Virus record (IMG/VR): IMGVR_UViG_3300045988_004821
Origin: a virus
Lineage: Duplodnaviria; Heunggongvirae; Uroviricota; Caudoviricetes
DNA length: 64,000 nucleotides
Reading direction: 5' to 3' (one strand)
Part shown: positions 47,473 to 56,423 of the stretch, one piece after another
How the letters are laid out: each line of letters begins with the position of its first letter
Numbering within the stretch: the stretch's first letter is position 1
Notes under the pieces: model-generated
The model's input: only the letters and a program-made list of their open reading frames with translations
Databases searched by the model: none
Told to the model about the DNA's origin: nothing
Program-made: the position numbers and the translations under genes

Positions 47473-47754
47473 ATGAGAGAGACTAAAATGGGAATTTTAG
47501 GTAATATGAAAGCTGGCTTCTTGAAGGCACTGGCAAAAGCAGCAGCAATCATTTCTATGACTGGAAAGCAGGTTGGTGTAGATGCTTCAGCAGTTGCACA
47601 AGTTCTTACAAGCCAAATTGAACAGCAACCTTACATCTATGTAGGCCGTGGCAAAGGTGGTAAGAAACAAGCCCACCGTCCGTCTGGTGCAGCAGCTATT
47701 AAACGAGCAGCCAAGAAAGCTCGTAACCGTAAACGTAATAAGAAGGTTAAATAA
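47473..47754 (+). CDS. hypothetical protein with basic C-terminal tail
   Basis: C-terminus KRAAKKARNRKRNKKVK. Confidence 0.3.
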   Translation: MRETKMGILGNMKAGFLKALAKAAAIISMTGKQVGVDASAVAQVLTSQIEQQPYIYVGRGKGGKKQAHRPSGAAAIKRAAKKARNRKRNKKVK

Positions 47755-47756
47755 TC

Positions 47757-48077
47757 ATGAGCAAAGTTTATAACACTCGCAAATTACAGATTTTCGTACT
47801 GTGCCAGTTTATGGCTAAAGAATACAACTTCTACTATTGCGGCACAGGTTTTATTAGTGATGATGATGGCTCATACCTTCCATTCAAAGAAGCTGTGAAG
47901 CTCTTTAATGAAGAGGAAAGCTCTAAGAAAGATATTGAAAAGGTGAAACTGACCTACAGCAAGAAAGATAAGAAGATTATCTGCCTAGATAACTTTGTAA
48001 AAGTTACTGGAGAAGCAAAAGAGTTTATGAATGAGAGTGAGATTTCATTCACAAGCATCTTGAAAGTAGCTCAGTAA
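47757..48077 (+). CDS. hypothetical protein
   Basis: 106-aa ORF followed by hairpin plus 15-nt T tract. Confidence 0.3.
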   Translation: MSKVYNTRKLQIFVLCQFMAKEYNFYYCGTGFISDDDGSYLPFKEAVKLFNEEESSKKDIEKVKLTYSKKDKKIICLDNFVKVTGEAKEFMNESEISFTSILKVAQ

Positions 48078-48090
48078 ACAGATACTATAA

Positions 48091-48124
48091 GGGAACTGTA
48101 AAGGTTCCCTTTTTTTTTTTTTTT
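48091..48124 (+). terminator. terminator with unusually long T tract
   Basis: GGGAAC-TGTAAAG-GTTCCC followed by about 15 consecutive T. Confidence 0.55.
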
Positions 48125-48138
48125 ATTTTGGAGATAAT

Positions 48139-48654
48139 ATGTACCTGTCAAACCTGAAACGTTCGGCTGCAATGTCAGTTCTAAGACTCAGCTTTGATGA
48201 GCGTCAAGAGTTTATAGACTCCCACAAATATGACCCTTCAAATTCTAATCACATGGTTCTTTGGAATCGTGATAACTTCCGTGAAAGAGCACTTGTCCGT
48301 TATTACCCACACTACACAATAGATAACCTGTATGAATGGTGTGTTGTGAAGAACACTATTGCAACACTGAACAATCTTTGCAGGTATACAGGTAAGCAAA
48401 CATTTACACTAGGCCACCACAAACCTGTTACAAAGGGTGGTGAGCATCACTGTGCAAACTGGTTTATTCAGACTAAACTTGATAACCAGAAGCAAGGTGA
48501 TAGTCTTCTAAGCACCCCTAAGATGACCTATGAAGAGCAAGAGATATATATCAAAAATAATATGCCAGATGTGCTTGACAACCACTATACAGATTTGGCA
48601 ATATCTCTCCTGTTGAAGTTCGAGACAGTTTATAGGGCAACTTACAATGGCTAA
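48139..48654 (+). CDS. putative HNH-family endonuclease
   Basis: Motif GHHKPVTKGGEHHCANWFIQTKLDNQKQG resembles an HNH core. Confidence 0.4.
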   Translation: MYLSNLKRSAAMSVLRLSFDERQEFIDSHKYDPSNSNHMVLWNRDNFRERALVRYYPHYTIDNLYEWCVVKNTIATLNNLCRYTGKQTFTLGHHKPVTKGGEHHCANWFIQTKLDNQKQGDSLLSTPKMTYEEQEIYIKNNMPDVLDNHYTDLAISLLLKFETVYRATYNG

Positions 48655-48925
48655 AGAGAAGTGGGAAATCCTACCATTAGTGAGTGAAGGTGGTAACGGT
48701 TGTGAGATGTACATGATACGTGGTCATGTTCCAGAGCCAATTGCACTTGAGATGGTAAACAACTTTACAGATGGTTCTTACAAAGACTTAGGCGAACCAA
48801 CTGTCAAGCAACAATGGGTTAAACCTGTACCAGACAGCACAGGTAACTGTAGTGTACTTTATCACGTTGTAGACCCTGCAAAATGCAAATCTGCAATGGC
48901 AGTAACAAACGTAACTTTTGATTGA
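48647..48925 (+). CDS. hypothetical protein
   Basis: 92-aa ORF. Confidence 0.3.
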   Translation: MAKEKWEILPLVSEGGNGCEMYMIRGHVPEPIALEMVNNFTDGSYKDLGEPTVKQQWVKPVPDSTGNCSVLYHVVDPAKCKSAMAVTNVTFD

Positions 48926-48936
48926 GAGAGAAAACT

Positions 48937-49818
48937 ATGAAAACATCTATCCGTGTTACAGTTCATTCACCAACTAAAGGAACTCATGAAGAAGAGTTTA
49001 ACATCATCCAATTTCCTTCTGGTGAGATTGGTGGACACTTTTCGCCAGAGTTTGTTGATTTCACTGCTTATGCAGCATCATCCATCAACAATGTGATTAT
49101 GATTGTAAAAGGCTATGATAAGGACACTTTGTTTGCTGTGGCACTTGCTAAAGAAGCAATTGATGATTTAATTCCTCATGATTATGCTTTAAAGACTGTC
49201 ATCTTTTACTACTTACCAAATGCACGTTATGACCGTCACATGTTTAAAGGCGACGCAGCAGCTTTAAAGGTTTTTGCTAAACAGATTAATGCAATGGGAT
49301 TTGGCGCAGTCTGTGCAGTTGACCCTCACAGCTATGTACCAGATAACCTGTTTAACTGCTTCCAGAGTATTCCTCAAAAGGAAATTGCAGTCCACTATGC
49401 AAATGACCCACTGATTGATTACTTAGTAGCCCCAGATGCAGGTGCTGCTAAGAAGATTGCAGAGACTGCTAAAGAGGTGGATAAACCATACATCACAATG
49501 TCTAAAGTGCGTAACCTTAAGACTGGTGAAATTACTGGTATGCGAATCCTTGATGATGTTGATTTGACAGATAAAACCGTCATGATTCTGGATGATATCT
49601 GTGATGGTGGTCGAACCTTCATAGAAGCAGCTAAGCATCTTCGTGAAGCAGGTGCAAAACGTGTGGAACTCTATGTAACACATGGTATCTTCTCTAAAGA
49701 TGTTGAAAACCTTCTTGACAATGGCATTGACCACATCTACACTACAAACTCTTTAGGGGAAGCTAAAGACCGTGGCTTAACACATTATAGCCAAGTTACT
49801 GTAGCAAACCTTGATTAA
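48937..49818 (+). CDS. prs: ribose-phosphate pyrophosphokinase family protein (possible ADPR-PP synthetase)
   Basis: PRPP-binding loop ILDDICDGGRT, NARYDR and VAPDAGA blocks as in Prs; directly upstream of Nampt-like gene; start at MKTSIRV (track start 48922). Confidence 0.7.
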   Translation: MKTSIRVTVHSPTKGTHEEEFNIIQFPSGEIGGHFSPEFVDFTAYAASSINNVIMIVKGYDKDTLFAVALAKEAIDDLIPHDYALKTVIFYYLPNARYDRHMFKGDAAALKVFAKQINAMGFGAVCAVDPHSYVPDNLFNCFQSIPQKEIAVHYANDPLIDYLVAPDAGAAKKIAETAKEVDKPYITMSKVRNLKTGEITGMRILDDVDLTDKTVMILDDICDGGRTFIEAAKHLREAGAKRVELYVTHGIFSKDVENLLDNGIDHIYTTNSLGEAKDRGLTHYSQVTVANLD

Positions 49819-49827
49819 AACTTTATA

Positions 49828-49848
49828 GGGGCTTAAAAGCCCCATTTT
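49828..49848 (+). terminator. hairpin after Prs-like gene (weak or partial terminator)
   Basis: GGGGCTT-AAA-AGCCCC followed by ATTTT. Confidence 0.3.
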
Positions 49849-49863
49849 GAGAGAGATTAAAAG

Positions 49864-51645
49864 ATGACTAAATCACTTTATGCAGTACCAGCAGGTTTAA
49901 ATGCAGATGCTTACAAATCTGGTCATGTTTACCAGTATCCTAGTGCAACAGAATATTTGATGTTCAACCTGACACCACGTAGCGACAAATGGTTTAACAG
50001 TCCATTAGCAATTGATGGTGTAGTCGCTTTTGGTATTCAACGTTTTGTTAAAGATTACTTGATAGACCACTGGAATGCTACGTTCTTTGAACGTGACAAA
50101 AAAGAAGCAATTGACGAAATCTTAGAAGTCATGAATGGTGTTCTGGGCAAAGATGCTATCGGTCGAGAGCATTGGGAAGCACTTCACGACTTAGGTTATC
50201 TACCAGTTGAAGTATACGCTGTAGAAGAAGGCACGGTTGTCCCTATGCGTGTTCCGATGATTGTTTTCCAGAACACTGTTTCAGGTTTCCATTGGGTAGC
50301 AGGTTATCTGGAAGATGCTTTCTCTGCTGAGATTTGGAAGGCTTGTACCATTGCAACTATTGCATTGCACTACAAACGTATCTGTAAGAAGTGGGCTGAC
50401 CTTACTTGTGACAACGACTTGCATTTGCCTTATCAGTGCCATGACTTTGCTATGCGTGGTATGTCCGGCTTTACTGATGACGCATTTAATGCTGTAGGCC
50501 ACTTAACCAGCTTTAAAGGAACTGATAGCTTCCCTGCTGTGTATACGGCTAAACGAATCTATGGACAGTCCTACCCAATCTCTGATATTGGTAGCTCTGT
50601 ACCAGCCACTGAGCACTCTGTAATGTGTGCAAACATTGCTTGGGAAGGTGGTAATGAGTTGATTGAAGAAGAAAGACGCTTTAAAGGTGAGTTACAAACC
50701 TTCCGTCGTTTCTTAACAGAAACTTACCCAACTGGTATTGCAAGTGTTGTTTCAGACACTTATAACTTCTGGAGAACTGTGTCAGAAATTTTACCAGCAC
50801 TTCGTAAAGAAATTATGGAACGTGATGGCAAACTGGTAATTCGTCCTGACTCTGGAGACCCTGTACATATTGTCACAGGTTATAAAGCAATCCACTTAGA
50901 ATGTGCTAAAAAGGCTTATTACGAACACTTAAGCAAGCTTGAAGCCAGCGACACAATGTTGAATGCTGTTCTGAACATGAAGCTTGAAAACATCAATTAT
51001 GGTATTGCTGGATGGCTACTGTCAGAAGGCTACGAAATGGTTGTTGACAGAGAAGACTTTGAAGTTGCTGATACAGTGCTGTTGAAAAACGCTTATATGG
51101 TTGGTTCTGCAAACGTTGTAACACGTCCTGTAGCTGAGATTGATGGAGCTATTAAAACACTGTACAACATCTTTGGGGGAACTATTAACTCTAAAGGGTT
51201 TAAGGTACTGGATGAGCATATAGGACTTATCTATGGTGACTCTATCACGCTGGAACGTGCAAACGAAATCCTGAAGCGTCTGTATGAAATGGGTTTTGCA
51301 AGCTCTAACGTAGTGTTTGGCGTAGGTTCTTACACTTACCAGTACATGACTCGTGACACCTTTGCATTTGCTGTCAAAGCAACTCTTGCAAGCATTGGTG
51401 GTAAAGAGATTATGCTTGCAAAAGACCCTAAAACAGATAGTGGTGTTAAGAAATCTGCCTTTGGTGGTGTAGCACCTATGTGGGATGGTGACAAGCTGAA
51501 AGCTATAGATGGCTATGGATTCCAGAGTTTTGCAGATGTACTTGACCACCCAGCTTGTGCCTTACGTTTAGTCTTTAGTGACTCTGAGCAGTTCGGTTAC
51601 ACAACTCTTGGGGATATTCGAAATAATATTGACAAGCAGCTTTAA
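49864..51645 (+). CDS. nadV: nicotinamide phosphoribosyltransferase family protein (possible nicotinamide ADPR transferase)
   Basis: 593 aa with N-terminal YAVPAGLNADAYKSGH resembling Nampt/NadV; terminator downstream. Confidence 0.7.
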   Translation: MTKSLYAVPAGLNADAYKSGHVYQYPSATEYLMFNLTPRSDKWFNSPLAIDGVVAFGIQRFVKDYLIDHWNATFFERDKKEAIDEILEVMNGVLGKDAIGREHWEALHDLGYLPVEVYAVEEGTVVPMRVPMIVFQNTVSGFHWVAGYLEDAFSAEIWKACTIATIALHYKRICKKWADLTCDNDLHLPYQCHDFAMRGMSGFTDDAFNAVGHLTSFKGTDSFPAVYTAKRIYGQSYPISDIGSSVPATEHSVMCANIAWEGGNELIEEERRFKGELQTFRRFLTETYPTGIASVVSDTYNFWRTVSEILPALRKEIMERDGKLVIRPDSGDPVHIVTGYKAIHLECAKKAYYEHLSKLEASDTMLNAVLNMKLENINYGIAGWLLSEGYEMVVDREDFEVADTVLLKNAYMVGSANVVTRPVAEIDGAIKTLYNIFGGTINSKGFKVLDEHIGLIYGDSITLERANEILKRLYEMGFASSNVVFGVGSYTYQYMTRDTFAFAVKATLASIGGKEIMLAKDPKTDSGVKKSAFGGVAPMWDGDKLKAIDGYGFQSFADVLDHPACALRLVFSDSEQFGYTTLGDIRNNIDKQL

Positions 51646-51659
51646 AAGTATATGATAAG

Positions 51660-51682
51660 AGGCTCCTACGGGAGCCTTTTTA
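51660..51682 (+). terminator. rho-independent terminator after Nampt-like gene
   Basis: AGGCTCC-TACG-GGAGCCT followed by TTTTT. Confidence 0.65.
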
Positions 51683-51698
51683 ATTTCTGGAGAAAACT

Positions 51699-52034
51699 AT
51701 GAAAATCAAAGAGATGAACATCAACATTGTCTTAGAAGAACGTTGGGAGAACATCAAGAAGCCTGAAGATGGTCATAAGTTCCTTAACAAAATCTTGGTA
51801 GCAGCTAAAGAAGAACTGACTGGCAAGGTCGCAGCAGCAATCACAATAAAGGTCTGCGTAAAAGGTCTTCCGCAACATCACCAATTTGCACTTGACGAGT
51901 TTAAAGAGAGCTTCTACAATCCAAACAAACAGATGCTTGAAAGTAACTTTGCAGTGTCTACAAGTATTGTCCATGACAGAAGCTTTATCCTTTACAAGAA
52001 TATGAGAGGTGAGTCATGCAAGCATATTGGATAG
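51699..52034 (+). CDS. hypothetical protein
   Basis: 111-aa ORF. Confidence 0.3.
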   Translation: MKIKEMNINIVLEERWENIKKPEDGHKFLNKILVAAKEELTGKVAAAITIKVCVKGLPQHHQFALDEFKESFYNPNKQMLESNFAVSTSIVHDRSFILYKNMRGESCKHIG

Positions 52035-52192
52035 AAATTTTACTGTCACTTGGTAGTGTAGCAGTATTTGTTTACCTCCTTTGTAAGTACTTTGCAGAGC
52101 ACAAAAAATGTGACTACTGTAATGGAGAGGGGTACATAAGGGCAGGATGTTGCCCTATGTGTGGTGGTTCTGGTAAAATGTTTAATAAGTAA
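52016..52192 (+). CDS. hypothetical small membrane zinc-ribbon protein (58 aa, below ORF-track cutoff)
   Basis: Read by eye: MQAYWIEILLSLGSVAVFVYLL... with CDYCNG and CPMCGG; fills gap upstream of rIIA. Confidence 0.25.
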   Translation: MQAYWIEILLSLGSVAVFVYLLCKYFAEHKKCDYCNGEGYIRAGCCPMCGGSGKMFNK

Positions 52193-52220
52193 TTTAACAG
52201 TAAACTGAGAGGAAAGTATT

Positions 52221-54587
52221 ATGCGCATGGTAAACGACCACGCAGAAGTGATTAAGAGTTCAACTTCTTTAGAGACGTCTCAAGCACAGATTACAATGAC
52301 ACCTGAAATGTTCAGCCTTTTGAGTTCTGGTGTATATACCTTTAAAGAAAGGGCAGTGATTCGTGAACTGTCATGTAACGCAGTAGATGCTCAGAAAGAA
52401 GCTGGAAAAGAGAATATCCCGTTCCATGTGCATTTACCTACTCGTTTTGAGCCTTACTTTGAAGTCCGTGATTTTGGAACTGGATTGACTCATGATAAAG
52501 TTATGAGTTTGTACCTAAACTACGGGGCTTCTACGAAGAATGACTCTAATGATTACATTGGTGCAATGGGTATCGGCTCAAAATCTCCATTTGCAATTGC
52601 TCAGTCATTCACAGTATCTAGCTATGTTGACGGTGTTGTTAATAAGTACTCAGTTTACCTTGAGAATGGTATCCCTCAAGTAACTAAGCTTACTACCAAC
52701 CCAACAAAGGAACCTAATGGCTTAGCTGTACGTGTAGCAGTTGCTGACCATCGTATCTCAAAATTCTTTGAAGAAGCTGGTCACGTATACTCATACTTTG
52801 CTGTAAAACCAGAAAGCAATATCGAGTATGACGATGTATTAGCAGATATGAACGTCATTGCCCGTGAAGAAGGTGTTTATGATGCCATGATTCATAAGCA
52901 AAGCTGGCGTTCTAGTAGTAACAGGACAGAGTTTAATGTGGTGATGGGTAACATTGCATACCCTGTTAACATGGAAGCATTACTTGGTGATGATTTCTTC
53001 AAAGTCTTGCCAGAATTTTTCCGTAGGAGCGTAGACCTTGTAAACATCTACATGCCTATTGGTTCAGTTGCTATTGCAGCTTCTCGTGAAGCATTGCAGA
53101 TGAATGACACGACAAAAAATGTTATCATTGAGGCTACTAAAAAGATAACTGAAGCAATTACAAAGGATGTTATCAAGAAAGTTAATAGCCAACCTACACT
53201 CATGGATGCTGCACAGGCTTATGCTGAGTTACGTTTGAACTCACGAGAGATGTTTAATGCTGTGTGTCCAAAGCTAGAGTGGGGAGGTGTTAAGCTTGAT
53301 TCTCTGGAAGAAGAATTACTAAACATTCGTCGTGGAATTATCTACGCAGAAGACGGCTCAGTCATCTATGAACGTGACGGCAAAGGTAATATTAAGGTTG
53401 ACAGTAAAGGAAACAACATTCCTAAAGTGGACTACCTATACAATCCAGTTGCTTATGTTAAGTTCAACTCTTTAGAGAGTAAGATTCGTGCAACAGCACT
53501 TTCCTACACTCAAGAAGCAAGCATGTTCAATATCTTTGGTGCAATGCGTAAAAGTCAAATTGAACAGTTTTTGTTCGTGATTAATGACCGTCGCAATAAA
53601 AACGGTACTGAGAAGACTGTAGGACGCAATCAAATCTTGCGTGGTGCATGTCGAGATTATGCCAGTGAGTCGAATCTGTTTCACAGATACAATGGTATTG
53701 TGTTTGTATTCTCGACTGAAAAAGAGTTAGATGATTTAATCAATCTACATAAACTTGATAAAAGCTTGTTAAAGATTGTGAAAATGTCTGATAAGGAGCA
53801 CCATTACCAGCGCAAAGAAGCTGTAAGGGGTGTTGTAAAACTCTGGAAAGCTGTTCCAGCAGAAGGTGTAGCTTCCTATAAAGAGGTTTCAGAGGACTTT
53901 GATACAATTGAAGAACCTCAGCTTTACATTAAGGCAGTTGGTGACACAGTTGATGGCGAATGTTTTTGCTCATCTCCAGAAGATGTAGCCAAGTCAGTTG
54001 CTAATGTTACAGGGAAGACAGTCTATGTTTTCCGAAAAGCAAATTGGAAAAAGATACCAGAAGACTGGATTGAAGTAGATGAGAAACTCTTGAACGACAG
54101 CTTAACTGATGTTCATTGGATTAATCATAACAGGTATATGACACGTATCTATATGAATGGTGTCCTTGACCTTACAAGCAGTTGGATTATTGCCAGAAAC
54201 TTTACGTTCAATAACAGGAAGATTTCTCGTGGCTATTGCTATTCACGAGACACAAACAAAACTATCTTCTTAGAAGGTAATGAAGAGGCTGTAGAGGCAA
54301 TGTTCGGTAAAATCCAATACGTTGCTGCACCATTTGCATACACTTATACTATTAGTGTATTGAAAACTTTGAAAGACTGTCTTGACAATGATACAAAGCT
54401 TTACAAGAAAATTAAGAAAGCTGGTGACCGTATGGTCATTAAGGTGACAAACTACCTTTCAAAAAGAAAACAAGAAAACTTCTTGCTTTCTCATTTGGAT
54501 TGGAATAAAGTGTCACCCATCGAAGTGAGTAAGTTCTTAGGCTTTGATGTGAAGTGTGTTCCAGAAGGGACTACAATTTACGATTAA
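52221..54587 (+). CDS. rIIA: rIIA protein
   Basis: GHKL ATPase-like N-terminus (RELSCNAVDA, RDFGTGL, NDYIGAMGIGSKSPF) and SVAIAASREAL block as in T4 rIIA. Confidence 0.85.
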   Translation: MRMVNDHAEVIKSSTSLETSQAQITMTPEMFSLLSSGVYTFKERAVIRELSCNAVDAQKEAGKENIPFHVHLPTRFEPYFEVRDFGTGLTHDKVMSLYLNYGASTKNDSNDYIGAMGIGSKSPFAIAQSFTVSSYVDGVVNKYSVYLENGIPQVTKLTTNPTKEPNGLAVRVAVADHRISKFFEEAGHVYSYFAVKPESNIEYDDVLADMNVIAREEGVYDAMIHKQSWRSSSNRTEFNVVMGNIAYPVNMEALLGDDFFKVLPEFFRRSVDLVNIYMPIGSVAIAASREALQMNDTTKNVIIEATKKITEAITKDVIKKVNSQPTLMDAAQAYAELRLNSREMFNAVCPKLEWGGVKLDSLEEELLNIRRGIIYAEDGSVIYERDGKGNIKVDSKGNNIPKVDYLYNPVAYVKFNSLESKIRATALSYTQEASMFNIFGAMRKSQIEQFLFVINDRRNKNGTEKTVGRNQILRGACRDYASESNLFHRYNGIVFVFSTEKELDDLINLHKLDKSLLKIVKMSDKEHHYQRKEAVRGVVKLWKAVPAEGVASYKEVSEDFDTIEEPQLYIKAVGDTVDGECFCSSPEDVAKSVANVTGKTVYVFRKANWKKIPEDWIEVDEKLLNDSLTDVHWINHNRYMTRIYMNGVLDLTSSWIIARNFTFNNRKISRGYCYSRDTNKTIFLEGNEEAVEAMFGKIQYVAAPFAYTYTISVLKTLKDCLDNDTKLYKKIKKAGDRMVIKVTNYLSKRKQENFLLSHLDWNKVSPIEVSKFLGFDVKCVPEGTTIYD

Positions 54588-54592
54588 AGTGT

Positions 54593-54622
54593 TTGACAAG
54601 GGGCTTCAAAGCCCCTTAGAAT
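54593..54622 (+). promoter_or_regulatory. sigma70-like promoter upstream of rIIB with hairpin in the spacer
   Basis: TTGACA-17/18 bp-TAGAAT; spacer contains AAGGGGC-TTCAAA-GCCCCTT. Confidence 0.45.
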
Positions 54623-54664
54623 ATCCTCACAAAATGATTTATTAACTAACAAGAGAGTAATAAG

Positions 54665-55774
54665 ATGACTACTAAAACTAAAGCACAGATTGACGCAGAA
54701 ATTTACAAACTGGTTAAAGAAGGTAAGCTGACTAAGACAGCTATTGCACAGAAATTTAATACTTCAACCCGTTCAGTTGGTCGTGCTGTAGAGCGTCATG
54801 AAGCAACCTTAAAAGGTAATAAGAAGGCGACTTCTACACCAGCTACGAAGACTTTGAAACAAGTTGCTAAGACTTTTAAAAAGAAATCTGACAAACCAGT
54901 TGAAAAAGTCGTTAAAGAGGTTGTACAGAAAGCTCCAGTAAATAAACTGCACGAAGCTATGCAGAAAGATGACAAGATTGAGTACATGATTACTGGTGAC
55001 TCTGTAATTATGACTTACGGTTCAGAGTCTGAAATTGTTGAATCTACTCATCCGAACTATCAAGAGATTGTAGTTCATGTTGTGAAAGGTGAGTTTAAGA
55101 AAGCCTTTGAACTAATGAATATTCGTAAGTCTATTGAAAACTTCACTCAGGGTGCTATCACAATCAAAGGTGACAAGTTATTCTACGGTGCTGTTGAGAT
55201 GCGTTCTACTCTGGTTGACCGTATTCTTCACATGATGAAGACTGGAGATAAAGGTTTTGAGCGCCTTGTGATGTTCTTCGAAAAACTGATGGAAAACCCA
55301 TCTAAAGACTCTGTAGAACAACTTTGGGGCTTTGTATCTCACCTTGATGTTGAAATTGATGAAGAAGGTTACATCATTGGTTGGAAGAAAGTATCTACTC
55401 GTGAAGGCAAGCTGGTTGACTCCCACACCTACAGAGTACCTAATGATTTGGGTAACATTGTAGAAATGCCACGTTGGATGGTTGATAATAACCGTAACGT
55501 GACTTGCTCTCAAGGTCTTCATGTTGGTGCTTGGGATTATGTTCGTTGCTTCTCAGGTGATACAATTCTGAAGGTTCGTGTCCATCCACGAGACGTTGTA
55601 TCCGTACCAACTGATTACAACGATATGAAGATGCGCTCGTCTCGTTATGAAGTTGCAGCAATCGTTGATAATCAACGTAAAGTGCTGAAAGCATGGGATG
55701 GCAAGACTGAAGCTTTACATGTCATCGTCGGTACTGCTGGAGAACTTATCTCCCAACGTAAACGTGAAATCTAA
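54665..55774 (+). CDS. rIIB: rIIB protein
   Basis: C-terminal block VRVHPRDVVSVPTDYNDMKMRSSRYEV and RSTLVDRIL as in T4 rIIB; directly downstream of rIIA. Confidence 0.85.
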   Translation: MTTKTKAQIDAEIYKLVKEGKLTKTAIAQKFNTSTRSVGRAVERHEATLKGNKKATSTPATKTLKQVAKTFKKKSDKPVEKVVKEVVQKAPVNKLHEAMQKDDKIEYMITGDSVIMTYGSESEIVESTHPNYQEIVVHVVKGEFKKAFELMNIRKSIENFTQGAITIKGDKLFYGAVEMRSTLVDRILHMMKTGDKGFERLVMFFEKLMENPSKDSVEQLWGFVSHLDVEIDEEGYIIGWKKVSTREGKLVDSHTYRVPNDLGNIVEMPRWMVDNNRNVTCSQGLHVGAWDYVRCFSGDTILKVRVHPRDVVSVPTDYNDMKMRSSRYEVAAIVDNQRKVLKAWDGKTEALHVIVGTAGELISQRKREI

Positions 55775-55790
55775 TAAGTAATTTCTTAAA

Positions 55791-55814
55791 AGGCTGCTTC
55801 GGCGGCCTTTTTTA
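55791..55814 (+). terminator. rho-independent terminator after rIIB
   Basis: AGGCTGC-TTCG-GCGGCCT (one wobble) followed by TTTTTT. Confidence 0.6.
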
Positions 55815-55843
55815 TTTGTATTTTGTGCAGAGTGCTGTATAAT
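55815..55843 (+). promoter_or_regulatory. sigma70-like promoter upstream of secreted transglycosylase-like gene
   Basis: TTTGTA-17 bp-TATAAT with TG just upstream of -10. Confidence 0.45.
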
Positions 55844-55874
55844 TGTTGTCACGATAAACTAAACAGGAGAACCA

Positions 55875-56423
55875 ATGAAGAAATTGATTCTAGGTTTGTG
55901 CTTAATGTTTACAGCACACTTATCTTATGCAGTTGACTGCCCAGAGCTATCAATTAGCCAAAAAGTAAACATGTTAAAAGCTTACCAGTATGGTGAGAAT
56001 AACATGGGTAAAGGTTGGGGTATCACTCTAGCTGCTATAGCCTTACAAGAGTCAGAGTTAGGTCTGAAGGTAGAGAATAAAAAGACACATGATTATGGTA
56101 TTTTCCAGAATCACTTGAAGACTGTTGTAAAGCGTAACAAAATTAGTCCTAATGTGGCTAAAAAGAAACTCTTAAAAGACTTTGACTATGCTGCAAAGGA
56201 AACGCACAAAGAACTTGAATTTTGGACAAAGGTGCATGGTCAGCCAAAGTCAAAGAAGACTTTACAAAAAGTTTTAGCATCATATAATGCTGGGTATTCG
56301 TACAGAATCCCTAAAGCTAAGAAATATTCTCAAGATGTCTATAACAACATGAAAGTCATCGCTCAATGTGAATTTGCAACAAACATTTCTAAGGTAAACC
56401 ATGAAAAAATTAAGAAAGTCTGA
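55875..56423 (+). CDS. secreted lytic transglycosylase-like protein (candidate endolysin)
   Basis: Signal peptide MKKLILGLCLMFTAHLSYA; AIALQESELG resembles SLT-domain catalytic motif; spanins 1.2 kb downstream. Confidence 0.4.
   Translation: MKKLILGLCLMFTAHLSYAVDCPELSISQKVNMLKAYQYGENNMGKGWGITLAAIALQESELGLKVENKKTHDYGIFQNHLKTVVKRNKISPNVAKKKLLKDFDYAAKETHKELEFWTKVHGQPKSKKTLQKVLASYNAGYSYRIPKAKKYSQDVYNNMKVIAQCEFATNISKVNHEKIKKV

Noticed and set aside
52046-52228. 60-aa - strand ORF upstream of rIIA
   Set aside because: Antisense in a uniformly + strand block; the same interval is better explained by a small + strand zinc-ribbon ORF (52016-52192) and the rIIA RBS.
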